Source: Zygnema circumcarinatum SAG 698-1b
Taxonomy: Eukaryota > Plantae > Zygnematophyceae
Reading direction: 5' to 3'
Assembly: GCA_037447605.1 (NCBI GenBank)
Contig: CM074809.1
Location: 3,648,689 to 3,712,688, forward strand
Length of the DNA: 64,000 bases
Part shown: positions 1 through 13,224 of the stretch, piece by piece
Numbering within the stretch: position 1 is the first letter of the stretch
Layout: each line of letters starts with the position of its first letter
The notes under the pieces: generated by a model
The model's database searches: none
Told to the model about the DNA's origin: nothing
Seen by the model: only the letters and a program-made list of their open reading frames with translations
Made by a program: the position numbers and the translations under genes

Positions 1-221
1 TACAAGTGGTTTGTGGTTTGTGGTTTAGCCTGAAATCCGTGTGATTTCGGGCCACCAATGACATGAAGAAGCTAGGACATAGAACACGAGAACAAGAAAA
101 TGTTGAACATTTCACAGCGAACAGCTAGTTGGACTGCCGCATGTGTCACCAAACCCTAAAGTCGCCCTGGGAAGCATTCCCAGAAGCTTGCAAGGTGGCA
201 AGGTCCAACCTGCTCGCAACC

Positions 222-3036
222 ATGGCTGCCGGGGGAAAGGTTCTCCAGCCGAAGCTCCTTCTCCATATGCAGGCTACTCCATGGCGGTGTTCTCTCATCC
301 GCAAGCTCTCAAGCGATATTTTCTGCAGATATTCTTCCGCAAGTCCTCCTCTTCCTCCTCCTGCTGCTGCTGCTAATGCAACCTCGGAGCTTTCCCTGTC
401 ACTGACACGTGGCTCCCGCTCTGTTTCCTTATTCAGCCCCACCGGCTATGCAAGAAGAAACTTTAGAGAGGGATCCTATGCAGAAGCAATGCCGCGGCTG
501 CTTTTTTCTGAGGCTCGGGCTCAAGCAGGCAACCAAAGCTCAAGTGTGATAGGGCAACCTGAATCACATTTGCAAGTGTACAAAGCGAAGAATATTTCAA
601 GAAACACATCTCTCATATCCAACGGTAACGAGCTCTGCGGTCATGGCAGCATGTTTCCGTCGAATGCGTTTGAAGTTGGCATGTACACAAAACAAGGGTC
701 AAAGTTAGGGTTAAGAGCCGTGCTGCCTGGACGCCCATTCTTCTCAAGCGCGCGTCTATCCGAAAAGGAGATGAAGGAAATTCAGACGAAGGAGGACGTG
801 ACAAAGCCTCTTGTCTTGTATAGGGGGAGGTGGATGCGAACTTTCCGGCTCCTTGTGAGGTAGGCTCATCACATCCCCCTCAAGCCTCAATAAGTGCATT
901 CATCTCCGTGCTGAGTACATGCATGCAGGAAACTGCCAATGCGACATTTTTTATTGAAAAAAATAGAAATGTTCGCCGTTCCGTTCAAAAAAATATCAAA
1001 TACATTTCATGCTAGGCCACCGACATAAAATTTGATGTGTGCTAATATGAAAGGAATGTTGTGTCGATGCAAGATTGTACTCCAGAACGTTTCATTCAAA
1101 TTGGCATATCTGACTCTGTCATAAATTAAGCTGTTTTTATCTTAAGATTTATTTTTCAGCCCTTGACTTGTACAATTTTTCGAAGTGCGAGATATGCGTA
1201 GGCTCTTCTAGTTTTTTACCACAGATTTTGATGCACTTTCAACGGATTTTAGGCATCTTTAGGGCTCTTGGCTATTCGTAGAGTTTGATTGCAGGAGCCC
1301 TTTGTCTGTTCTGCAGGCTAAAGGTGCTTCAGCTGGTTGGAGTTGCCACTTTGGCGCTCCCAATTGCAGAGTACACGCAGGAGGTACCTTTAGAGCCCCT
1401 TATTCTTGATCCATTGTGTTCTCCAGTTTACGCATTATTTTAATATTTCATTTAACCAGTCTACCTGCATGGAGTTACATAACAATTGAGTTCAGGAAGA
1501 CCTCTCTTCGTTCAAGAAACTGGGGGATCTAGTATCCGACTAACTTTTCTTTGTTTTTTCATCGCTGTCTGCCCTTATCTGTCCCGTTTGCGGCCACGTT
1601 TTAGTTGTTTTTATCTATGTGCTTTTTCTCTGTTCTGCGAGCTTTTGTGCTTTTCCACTTCTCTCCTTCCCAATTTTATGTGCCGGCTGGGCCTCTCTGT
1701 CCGTGCGTGGGGGCGGTGTGGGTGGGCGCTGAATCCTCAACCTAAGGGGCACTTGTCATTAGGAACAATCACCGCTGTGGGAGCTGTCGTAGGAGGTGCC
1801 ACTGCTGCTTCCGCAGCCTTGTGGTACTATTCTCGGAGGTGCCTCCTCCTCTCCCCCTCTCAGCCATACGTCATAGAAAACAGAAGACAGGGGATCGAGT
1901 TTTTCTGCAAGAGGATAGGAGGCTATTTGTTCAACCTGACTGTCATTCTACATGCTGCCGCAGATACATTGGCGAACTCGCCCTCCTCCCTCCAGATTTT
2001 CGACGTGTGCGCATCAGTGTACTCGATTTTTGGGGCCGTAGACAGGTATTTGCATCCACTTCCTTACAACTATCCTCACTTCTTTAGCTCTCTCCTTGGC
2101 ATTGCATTCCCTTCTCTATTTCTCTGCCTCCCTTGTCCATTCTGCCTTTCTTAACTCCGCCACGTCTCCCCTTCCGCTCTTCCACAATCATATCTTTCCC
2201 TCCCTCTCTCTCCCCTAACTGACGCATTATCCCCTTTCAGCATGAACCAGCATGCATGTTCCTTGTCTTGCATTTCTACAAAATTTTCGATAACATTGTC
2301 TTTTCTTTCGTGCTTGTGCATGGATGTCGTGGATGAAATGTATGGTTAATTATGGCTTTGCCTGTGAGTAACCTTCAGGATCTCGTCCTGGACCGAAGGT
2401 ATGTGCCGTAGCATTTTTCTCCGATTCTGTTTCACATTCTCCACCTTTGTGGCCAGTGATTGTTTTTGTCCTCAGCTCGCTCCTTACTCCTCAGTCATGA
2501 TTTGAGAGAGCTCGAACCACAGAAGTTCCAATTCTTACATGTCGGGTTCGTGGTCTTCTGCAGTGCCATTGTGCCTCCACTGAAGGGAATGTCGAAGTCT
2601 GAGCTCATGGTTGCAGCACAGCAAACCTTAATTCCACTGGACGGTGAGTCACATATATTCATTATTTCAGTAGCTCTTTTTATTCCTTTAATGTTTGAAC
2701 TATTGCATCACTTGTCAACTATCTTGCCTTTTACTGTCCACGGTTCCACAACCTGGGAAACCAAATTCAGCCATGCATAGGGTCTGAACAAGGCATTCCA
2801 TGTCTTTTCAATTCAGATGAATTTTTTTTGACTGCTCTCTGGCTTTCTGGAATTAGTCGAAAGCCGACTAAAGCTGCCATGAGGGTAATGCAGTTGTGGG
2901 CGTTCGCCAATTTGTGCTCTCCATCCGACACGGCAATCTGGCGGATCGAGCTCGTCTGATTGGTCTACTGGACGGATCACTTGACTCAGAACAGCTCAAT
3001 AAGCATGTAGTGGTTGGTCAAGACGAATCAAGTTGA
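222..3036 (+). CDS. TMEM186-like mitochondrial membrane protein, 7 exons (222-859, 1317-1383, 1747-1838, 1964-2045, 2379-2398, 2564-2643, 2894-3036)
   Basis: GT-AG junctions join in frame: LVLYRGRWMRTFRLLVR/LKVLQLVGVATLALP.../AALWYYSRR/YIGELALL...VRISVLDFWGRRQ.../VGVRQFVLSIRHG. The R/S-rich N-terminus resembles a transit peptide. Alternative ATG at 141. Family call from recalled motifs. Confidence 0.75.
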
Positions 3037-3775
3037 GGAGTTTATAGACGGTTTGGGAATAATGCTTCCTTAAGAGGCCTTCAAGTTTATTTTTCCCGTT
3101 GCTCGAAGGAGGTTAGTTGAGCAAACAAATATATAATGTGGAAGAGCTTTTCGTGGTTGCCCATTCGTTATTTGAAAGCTATTGGCTAGCTACAAAAGCT
3201 GAAGCCTAGGTCTAATGCTTTCATGATATGGGCTCATATCACAACAACGGGATTGAACACATCCAATAAACACAGTTGAATTGAAAAAGAGGCACCTCGC
3301 AGGATACACCGATTCATTTGAGCACTCCATCTAAGCCGTCGCGACCTCCCTTAAAACAAGCTAACCTCACATTGCGTAAGAAACGCACCTTACTTAAATC
3401 AAACTATTCCCTTCAAGTGTCAGATACCTGTGGCTCAGACAATCTGACTTAGCAAAGACCTTTCACTATACAATAGGAGGGGTCAGAGTTAGCGTGTTGC
3501 TATACAGAATTGGATTTTGAAAGCAGGTAACTACTAGTTTTGCGCGGAATTGTTACTGATTTCGAATTTCATCTGTACGAAAAAATTCTGAGTTTGACTC
3601 CCCCAATCATGCTGACCTAAAGCAATGCTACATGGTTTTGCTTAAATTGAAATAGCGCCTCATTTTGCAGCTATTTCTCCATGCCTCTAAACCCTACGAC
3701 CCTATACCCTCGACCTCAGACCACGGACCCAAGTGGAAGGTGGTGGACTCATCTTTGAGTACCTCATGACCTGCC

Positions 3776-5492
3776 TTACTTTCCAAGAAGCTTCCGTGCC
3801 CGCTGATTGCTCTGCTTCAGCCTGCTGTTAAGTTCGTCCACATCGCCCGTCAGGTTGTCCAGGTCCTTGTCTTGCCTGCGCCACACCGCAAACACGGCAG
3901 TGGAGGTTATGGGCACATGTGACTTCACTTTAACACTGAAGGCAGTGAGGGAGCAGCCATCTGTGGCTGGAAAATAACACAACATAGATGGAAAAGAAAC
4001 GGTGTGTTGAATGAAGGGATTCTCAATCTGCGGTGCTTCACTCACCTGTCAAGCTCGGAGCCCATTTGCAGTCCCATGTCCTTCATCACATCCAGAGAGG
4101 AGCTCACTTCGTCCAGCATTTGATCCTGCTGGTTCATTTGCTTCTGAAAGGGGCAACACCCCACAGAACATAACATCTCTTGTCACAACGTGAACACGAT
4201 AAAGTGTACTACCTTCAGACACATGACGAACAACAAGAGCGAGAGACTACACATTGGCTTCTTCAACTAAATTCACAGTATCATGAGCCGCGAGAAACCA
4301 CACCTTCACTCGGTCCATGGTTCCTAAGCCCGCGTCATCGACATCCTCAAGCAGGTCCTTTCGCATTTCTCTCGAGCCCACGGGGAGATTAATCGCATCT
4401 GGATACAGAGAGTCGTACATTGTCAAACAGCTACTCCCACGGAGTACGGAAAGTGAAAGAATCCGAAGGGACAAACTATTGCAAGGTCTCAAAGTGCTTG
4501 AAAGCAACAGCTTTGTTGCTTAAATTGACTGTGGTGAAGGTTTGCTTAGAGGATAATAACATAAGACTCAATAGACTGAGTAGGTGAGCAATATCTCACC
4601 TCCATGACGTTGAGGCCCTTTAATTTTATGGTTTTTCTTTGGCTTCCATCCAAGGGAGAACATGGGCCCCAAGCTGCTCAGAAGTTTCTCCCCCTGCCAA
4701 TCCGGGACCCTCCTCGTTTTCAAACAAAAGCCTGAACAGTTTGAGCTAATTCTTTCACAATCATCCAATACTAAAATGCATTGATGTAGAACTCAAGATT
4801 CAAGCCAACCCACTTGAAATTCAAGAAAAAATTTCATTCACCTACAACTTAAACGAGCCGGAGTACTTTGAAGAAACAACCCAAATGATTCAAAGACGAA
4901 TTGAAGAAGCATCCTCAGACTTGTAAGGCTTTCCCGCACTTCTTCACACCTTTGATAGCTCCCGGTCGAGGTCCACAGCCTTCTCATGCGTTCTAGCGAT
5001 TTGCTCTCCCTGCTTCTGCAAAGTAGTCAGCGTTTGTGCCCCGATATTCTCCGTTTCCTTCGTAATCTTCAGCACATTCCGCAAGTCGTTCGTAACATCC
5101 TTCGACTTATCCAAAGCCATCCCTTCCAGCTCATCCAGCGTTGCTCTCTGAAGTGGGTCATCACTATCAGGGTCGTAATACCTGGGGTCTCCCTTAGCCA
5201 ACTTCTTCAAAGCAGCCTTAGGAAGGCGAGGATGTGTCACCCCCAAAAGCTCCGCCCTGCTCTTCTCTTCCTTCTTCTCCAGCCCCGTCCATTTGGGTAT
5301 GAATTCATCTACTTCCTCCGACCGCCTCCTTGACGAAAGTCTCGACCGAGGAGCCGTTTGCTTACCTACGGCAGACTCCGACTTGGCAGAGTCCTGCCTT
5401 TCCAGCACACTCCTGCCACGATCAATCATGTTGTATATATCCTGCCGGTGCGCTGCTGTAGGACTGTGTGCTTTCGGCTGATTCGCAGCCAT
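3776..5492 (-). CDS. SNAP25-family Qb+Qc t-SNARE (SNAP33-like), 5 exons
   Basis: First SNARE motif (LKITKETENIGAQTLTTLQKQGEQIARTH...GEKLLSSLG). Second motif assembled from exons ~4143-4046 and ~3876-3776 (QDQMLDEVSSSLDVMKDMGLQMGSELDR/QDKDLDNLTGDVDELNSRLKQSNQRARKLLGK). Canonical splice sites. Confidence 0.92.
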
Positions 5493-7275
5493 GGTTGCTA
5501 CCACACTCCCGCCCCCGCTTCTAGGGACTTTTAAGGGATTTTCTGGGTAACTTACTAGTTACAACCGAGGCAGAGACATTATGCCTGTATTGGGTCAGGC
5601 TTAAAGTAGCAGTTCGCACATGCTATTGCTCCTGGTCCTGCTGCGAAGGAGGACGAGGAGGCGTAGAGGGCCTCCACTCACCTCCTGCAGCCCTCTGTTA
5701 CTGCTCAGTCCGTACATGTTCTGGAATTGGTCCGTACGGTCGAGTGCCTACACGGTGACTATAATCTGTACCTTTCGTACTTATATGTACGAAAACAATG
5801 AGGAGGGGCGGTTGGGGTGTACGGATAGGTTCGGGCAGAAAACGAAACGGGACAACCAATTGGGGCGCGGAAAAGGTGCTCGGGGCAGACGGAAATGTTT
5901 CAGCGGGAGCCGTATGGACAAAGGTTTTTTTTTTTTTTTTTTCAATGGAACGGGCCAATCAGCGCGCGGCAGCTTCCGGTGGGCGCACAGCGGTGTGCGC
6001 GCAGCGGAACCACCCGCGGTGTGGGCACGCCCCCTGGTCCGCCCGCATCCTGCGCGACGTCCCACCGGCCATGAGGACCATGTCCATGGCCATGTTCCAT
6101 GTCCATGTGCCTTTGAAGGCATAGCATGCCATGCCATTTCGAGATCCATGCCCATCATTCCAACATGAAAAAGGAGAGGGAATGTCAGCGAGGCGCACGT
6201 CCACGTCAGCCGAGGAGTCACCCAATCCCCGTGCGCATCCGCCAGCTGCCGTCCATACAAGTGCGCGGCTACCTGTTGTGGAACACCGAACTGCGAGGGC
6301 ACACATGTGACGGTCGTTTCTGCCGCAAACCCGTTGCACGCGCAACTACACCCATATAGTCGTCACATAGATCGGCGCCTCGCGTTGGCTGCCTGCCTGC
6401 CCGCCACTCTAGTACGGACCAGTCGGTCCGTCCGTATGGTACGGCTTTCGTGACCTCGTGGTGACCATCGCGGGACCCGAGGTCCTGCGACGTAAAAGGT
6501 CAAGCCCGACAAGAACGTACGTTCGGAGGTCCGTACGGCTCAGGCCTGTCGAGCAGGCCTCCGTACGGCGTAGGGAGAGCGCGCCAAAAATCTCTTGACC
6601 TCACCAGATCGCAGAATCCGAGTTTTTGGTACATATCGTCACAAGAAAACAAAACTTTGGGATTCCTTAAGGTCGAATCGGATCCTACGACGATGGCATC
6701 GTCATATAATCTGACATCGCCGTCATCCTTTCCGTTTTGGATTTTTTCAAAATATCCAATACGAGAATATCGGATCAATCTCCACTTGAGTCCCTAAAGG
6801 CTCGTACGGAACCCAAGGCCCCGCGCCGGCTCAGAGGACCGGCCATGAAAGGGATTTTCCAGATTCCATGTTTCTATGCTCGGAAATTTATCGTACGTGG
6901 CACAATCCCATTGGTTCTTGCATTACGATGTAGAGAAAAGACGAGTACCCACATGTGGCTCCGTTAAACAGTTGACCGTTTCATTGTTAAGCGCTGTGAA
7001 CTGAAAGCGCCACGTCAGCTGCAGGCTCCCGACCATACTGACCACACCACGTCAGCAAGGGTTGTTGCCAGCTGGCGCCACTGGCCAATAGGGGGAGAAT
7101 CTTGGAGCAATCTCCTGGCCAACCACGAAGTGCCAAGTCATTATACATTTAAGAAACTCTTATAGAACGGCTGATAATTTCCAGCGGGTAACGGGAGTGT
7201 CTGCATGGAACGGCCGCCTCGGCCCGAAAAGAATCAACAAAAGGGCGGGGCGGCGGCGGAGGCCGAGAGGCGGCC

Positions 7276-10200
7276 ATGGCGGCTGTGAAGCTCGTTCCGT
7301 GGCGGTCGTGGGGGGAGTGGGAGCAGGTGCGGCTATGGCTGGCGGCAGAAGACGGGGAGGCCATGAGGATGGGGATCGACAGGGTAAGCCATGGCCCGGT
7401 TCTTGAGATATATGTGTGCGACGAGAAAGAGTGTGGAAGATATAACTGGAGCTCAGCTTGAAGGTTTAGGGTTGAGGGAGGTTTTTGGATTTTGGGAGTG
7501 AGGAAAGGGAGTGCGAGTTCTGTGAGTGAGAGGGGGCGCTAGAGGGAGTAGGGAGCGCACGAATGGAGGAAGTTAGTGAAAAAAGGGAGGTAGCGTTTTG
7601 AAAGGCAGGAAGAGGAAGGAGGTGGAGGATGAGGTGTGGGAGAATCTCGAAGGAGAGGCTGAAAGATAGAGAAGAGCGAGCGTTAAAGGTCGGGGGAGGG
7701 GAGGACAGAGCGGGGAGGTAGAGGTGGGGTAGTATATAAGAAGCTAGAGAAAAAACTGAGATAGCGGGAGCTAAGGAGAGAGGTTGGAGGAGTGAGGGAG
7801 GGAGGGAGGGCATTACATTGAATGAAGACTTTTATTTGTCGACCTCCCTTTTCCTCGAGAACCCCACTTTCTTTTTGTTTATCTTGTCATTGAATGTGTC
7901 TGCCGTACTTTTTATTTCTCATTCGAGCACTCATTCACACGTGCGAGAGGCTGGAGCTTGCCAGGTGGCTGCATGGCAGAGCCGGGGGAAGATTCCGCTT
8001 GCTGTAGAAATCACAGCAGAGCTCGCCGCGCTGCGAATGCGGGATCCCGCCTTCACGTATGTGGCCACTTCTAAGGCCTTCAGAGGGAGAGGGAGGGCCG
8101 GGGGGTTGGGAGAGTGGGAAGTGGGAGGGGAGAAGGGAGAGGAGGAAGAGAGGAGAGGGTGGGAAAGGGGGGAGGGGAGCGGAGAGGGGAGAGGAGGAAA
8201 GAGGGGTGGAGGGAGAGGGAGGAGGGGGAAGGGGGGAGGGGATCAGGAGGGAGAAAGTGGAGGGGAGAGGGCAGAAGTGGGGGGTCGGCGAGGGCGGGAA
8301 GGGGGAGGAGGAAGGGGAGGGAAAGAGTGAGGGGAGGCGAGGATGGGGGCGAGTTGGGGAGGGGAGGGAGAGGGAGGGAAGTGGGGAGATGGGAGAGGGA
8401 CATGGGAGTGAGGAGGGGGAGGGTGAGGGAGAGGGAGAGGAGGAAGATGGAGATGGAGAGGGGGCATGGAGAGCGAGGGGGAGAGGGACGCGGGGGGAGG
8501 TCATCGAGAGAGAAACAGCGTGAAGGGTTGATTCACAATGTATGCATATTGAAGTGAGGTAGGGGGAAGAATTCTTTCCGTCAGTTGAAGGGATTGATGG
8601 CAATACATTTCCCTGTGGCCTACTGGAAATGATGCATTCTTTTATCCCATTTATGGAATGATTCATAAGCGAATCTGCTACTTGTGCAGTGTGATGCTGA
8701 AGTATTTGGCAGATAATGACAGTTTGGACGTGTGGGAATGTGTCACGTGGCAGGACTGCTACCACAGATTGGCTCTCAGAGGAGCTGCTGCGCCTCAGCT
8801 ATGCCATGGCCATGGTCAGGTAAGCACCGACCCAAATGGTCGAACCCAGAAGGGAAAGGGGAGGAAGGGGGAGGGAGAGGAGCGGTAGTGAGTGGGAGGA
8901 AAGAGAGGAGAGGAGAAGGGATGGGGAGGGGAGAAAGGGAGTGGGAAGGATGGGGGGAGGGAGGAGGGGCAGCGGAGAGGGGTCGGGGAGGGGAGTGGGA
9001 AGGGTAGGAGAGAGGTGGGGGACAGGGAGTGGGGTAGGGGAAAGGGGGGGGGGAGAGGGAGGGGGGAAAGGAGGAGGGGGAACAGGAGGGAGAGCGGGAA
9101 GGCGAGGGGGAGAGTGGGAGAGGAGGGTGGACGGGGAGGAGAATTGGGGGCAGGGGGGGGAGAGGGATTTGAGGGAGGTGGGAGGTGCGAGATGGGCAGG
9201 CGGGAAGAGGAGAGGGAGGCAGGAGTGGGTAAGGGGAAGGGGAGATTGTAGAGGGGGAGATGGAAGATGGAAGATAGGAGAGGAGGTCGGGGATGGCGGA
9301 GGTGAAGCGGAAGTGGAGAGGTAGAGAGAGGGATGGAGGGCAGAGGGGGGGGAGAGGGAGAGACGGAGAGGAGAAGTAACTTTGGAACTGAAGGAGAGGG
9401 CGTTGTTGCAGGCTGGTGAGTGGAGTTGTGGACCAATCACAGAAGGGCCGTTTTGCCCAGTCAGTTGCTGACCTGGCAGAGATGGTCGGGCTTCCCCGCC
9501 TCTTTGTGGATATTCGTCATGGTGGGCCCCACATGCTGCACCTCTCTCAGATTTTCTAGGTAGTGTTCTCTTAGTCTCAGCGCTAAATTTTTCAGTACCT
9601 GCAAATTTCCAACTCTAAAAGCGCATTGTTCTTGCAGAGGCTGCACATAACGAGCTGCCAGCTGTCGCCCTTCTTCGGCTTGCAAGCAGAAAGGTGCGTA
9701 CAATCGTACGAGCAATTGAGTGAAAACATGAAATTTTGGAAATTTTGAGAAAGCCTGAAACTGCGCAGCCCACATCTGAAATGAGTACGCAACTTTGGTG
9801 TTGGAATTGGTTCCGTCCAGGCTGTAGCATGGCTACAGGAGCGCTACTGGGAGCCTCAAGGGCAGGCTGTAGCAGAAGCGCAGCTTAACTTGCAGGAGGC
9901 CCTTCAAACCCTCCTCCTGCAAGTTGGAGGAACTTCGGGAAAGGATACGGAAAGTGCTGCGGAAGCTATGGCTAGCCGAGAGACACGAGGGAGGGAGAGG
10001 GTGAGGGAGGAGGCGATGGACAGCGAGGGAGAGGAAGAGGGAGAGGGAGAGAGAGAGGGAGTGGGAGAGGGAGTGGCGGAGGCAGGGGCAAAGGCAGAGG
10101 GAGAGGGAGAGGGAGAAGGAGCGGGAGAGGGAGGAGCGGGAGAGGGGGAGGGAGAGGGAGAGAAAGAGGAACTGGGAGAGGGAGTGAGAGAAGCCGAGAG

Positions 10201-12579
10201 TGAGAGGGATAGCGAGGACGGCATCATGGAAGAAGAGGAAGCCAAGGTTCGGAAGAAACAGGAGAAAAGGAAATTGAAAGCTCAAAGAGGTGGTAAGTGC
10301 TCGTTGTTTCCTTTATTGGTTTCTTTTTGGCATATTGTGAGAAGTTTGCATAGTGGGTTTTCTGTGGGTTTACATGTCATGTCTGTCCTAGTTTCTGCTT
10401 GCGTTTCCACGTTGCATCACTGTGTGATGACTGCTGTTTCGAGTTGGGTGCAGCTGCGAAGAAGATGGAGGCCGCAGCACTGAGCAAACTGTTTTCTTTG
10501 GTGGCGGCATCCCCTGTGGAAGCTTCAGACTTGCTCCTAAATGGAAGGGCGGGGAGTGGAGGAGCTGTGAATGGGGTGGAGGAGACAGTGCAGAGTGCCA
10601 TGGGGGGGCGAGCATGGGGAGGAGAGGGAGGAGGGAGGAGAGGGAGACGGAGAGAGGAACTTTCTTCAGGAGGGCAACCATGGCTGCTGCTCTCTGAACC
10701 TCTGCTGCTTGAGCTCTGCAGACATGTGCCGCATTTCCCAGCTCTCTTGCTCATGGGAATAGTGAAGAGACTTGCAGGCCATATGGAGAGGGAGAGTGAG
10801 GAGGAGGAGAAGCTGGAATCGTTTAAAGGCTTCAAAAACTTAGAAGCCTCAAGGAGCTGGGGGCGATACACTAGGGAAGGGAATTCTGGGCTCAGCAAGA
10901 TGTTGGACTTTGATGAAATTTACAGTAATACTGACAGGGAAAGAGAAGCAGCACGAACGGAAAACAGTAGGAATAAGCAGTTGGCAAACTGGGGTTGCTG
11001 GCTCCTTGAAGAGGAACAACGACGCAGAGCCCGTAAAACAGAGATGCAGGCGAAGACAAGGAAGCGGTCTAGGGGTGAGAGTAGTGGGAGAGAAGCGGTT
11101 GGAGGAGGGAAGAGCAGGGAGGAGTTTCTGTTTTCGGAGGACCTGTTAGAGGAAGCTTTGATTTCGTGTGTGAAGGCAGCACGGAGAGGGGGGGCTGTAG
11201 TGGCAGTAGCAGAGTCCTTGGTCCGAGTGAATAGCGAGAAGAAGGACCTATGCAACATGGCAGAAAGGTTATTGAAAATTGGGAGACGCGGGGGAAGGGA
11301 TCATGGCAGAATAGAGAGGGAGAGGAGGCAGGGTGAGGCAGGGGAGGTTTTGAAGGTAGGTACTGGGGAGATGGGAGTGGAAGGTTCGGGCCTTGCGAAC
11401 AGTGGGAAAAATGGGGGAGATGTTTCAGAGAGGAAAGGAGAGGTAGGCGAGAGAGTGGAAAGTGTAAGGGGAATAGTAGGAGAGAAAGTGATCCTTGCGC
11501 AGGAGGGAGGCGTAGAGACACACAATCAGGGATGGAGGGTCGAAGGAGAGCAACTGGAAGTGAAGGGTGTGGTAGAAAAGAGCAGAGAGACGAAGGAGCC
11601 AGAAAGTGTTACAGCTGCTGTGGAAAATGCATGCGGAGTTAGCGAAGGGCAGGAGAGGGAGGCCATGGGAGGGAGAGGGTGGCGTAGGAGGAGGTGGTGG
11701 GGCAGAGGTGTAGTGGTTTCGGAGGCTGCAAAAGAAGCGTGCGAAGTTAAGGTTGATGACGAGGTGGAGCGTAGGATGGATGACTTGGAAAAGAAGTTAA
11801 GGGTAGCTCAGTCCGAGTTGGAGAGTCTCCTTCAAGAGGTTGCTGTGAGAGAAGGGAGACAGAAGAAAAACGAGGGGTTGGAAGGATCTCGAGAAGAGGA
11901 CGAAGGCTGCCTATGGAAGCTGGCAGAAGGTTGGAGCCCATGTCCTATAGGGATGGTCCCTTGCTGCTTCTCTTCTACAGGCAAGTTTCCTTCCCTTGAC
12001 CCTTTAGAGAAACCACAAAGGCTGTTGGGAGTAAAGGGAGGGGATGGTCGAGAAGGAGAGCCATGCGCTCAGCTCGGACCTGAGCACAGAGATAGAGAGG
12101 TGTGCGGAGAAGAGAGGGAGGATAGGGAAGGAGAGGAATTGACAGAGAAAGGGAATGGAGAGGGAGGAGCAAGGGAGGGAGAGGCCTTTGAAGCCTTGAG
12201 GGGAGGAAACAGTTGGAGAGCGCAGGCAGTAGTGTCAGGAGGAAGAGGGCAGACGAAGAGGAGGAAAGCAGCACAGGTGGTACCCATAGGCAATGTTCAT
12301 AGTGGCCTTCAGTCCGCGGTACATAAATTGGGGGGAGATTTGACAGAGGGAGAGAGAGAAGCTGAGTTTCAAGTCGCAATTCCTTCCCGGAGGGAAGGAG
12401 AGTGTGGAGAGGAGGAGAGGGGCAGGGAGGGAGCTGCACCGGGCGAAGGGAGCTCTGAGCAGAGAGGGAGGCCCAGAGAGGAGACAGCTTTGAAGGGATG
12501 TCTGCGGCAGGGGTATCGCCTCATGTCGCTCTCTGACGAAGATGTACAAAGGCTGCAAGCCAAGATCCGGCTCCTCTAA
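7276..12579 (+). CDS. LAS1: LAS1-like pre-rRNA processing HEPN endoribonuclease, 7 exons (7276-7383, 7965-8056, 8754-8819, 9412-9521, 9638-9693, 9821-~10292, 10454-12579)
   Basis: VPWRSWGEWEQV...VAAWQSRGKIPLAVEITA...LRLSYAMAMVRLVSGVVD...LPRLFVDIRHEAAHNELP contains the RHxxxH HEPN motif across a junction, then AWLQERYWEPQ; C-terminal WSPCPIGMVP. Confidence 0.9.
8083..9400 (+). repeat. Purine-rich (G/A) low-complexity tracts filling LAS1 introns 2 and 3
   Basis: ~8083-8520 and ~8850-9400 are almost entirely G and A. Confidence 0.9.
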
Positions 12580-13224
12580 GAGACGTAGACTGCACCTATA
12601 CAGTATAAGTGTACATCTAGATGCAGCGCCATAAGTCTCTCTCTGCCTTCCTGTCCCTAGTTCGACATTGTTGTAGGATTGGGATTGGGGCACATCCAGA
12701 TGTGCATCTGTGAATTTCCAATGTACAGTGATAGCGTATATATGGAACATTCAACCCAACATTTCTTGAGGAAAACAGCATATTTGAATTGTAGCCTCTA
12801 GCATCTGCCTCTCAGAAGGTTAGGAATATTGATTCACAATAAGCACAGAGACAAAGGCTCAGTTTGTTTGTTTGATCTTGACGCCAAATGGCCTCAAGTC
12901 TGCATAAAATGACAAAAGGCTCCTAACCAAAAATGTAACGACTCAGCCTCCGACCTGCTGCCACATGTGAGACCTCTCCCAGCACATTCCACGACCTGAT
13001 ACCTGTGAGATCGTTTCATCACACAAGGATAATGATCTACCCCTCGTCCTGTATGCCTCCACTCACTGAAACCCACACAAAAAAAAATGGTCCTCTGCCC
13101 CATCGAGGGGTCCCACCTCGCCTCCACCTCCATCACCTTTGAAGATACAGACCCTCGGACGCAACCTCCGACATCTATACATGTTGCGGCTTTCCGTTGT
13201 TCCCGTAACGGAATATAAGAGAAC

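Noticed and set aside
6500-6778. 92-aa minus-strand ORF in the SNAP/LAS1 intergenic region
   Set aside because: Non-ATG start, overlaps the CGTAC motif cluster, no recognisable domain.
7466-9440. Many overlapping G/E/R- or P/S/L-rich ORFs in the ORF track
   Set aside because: Artefacts of stop-poor polypurine intron sequence within LAS1.
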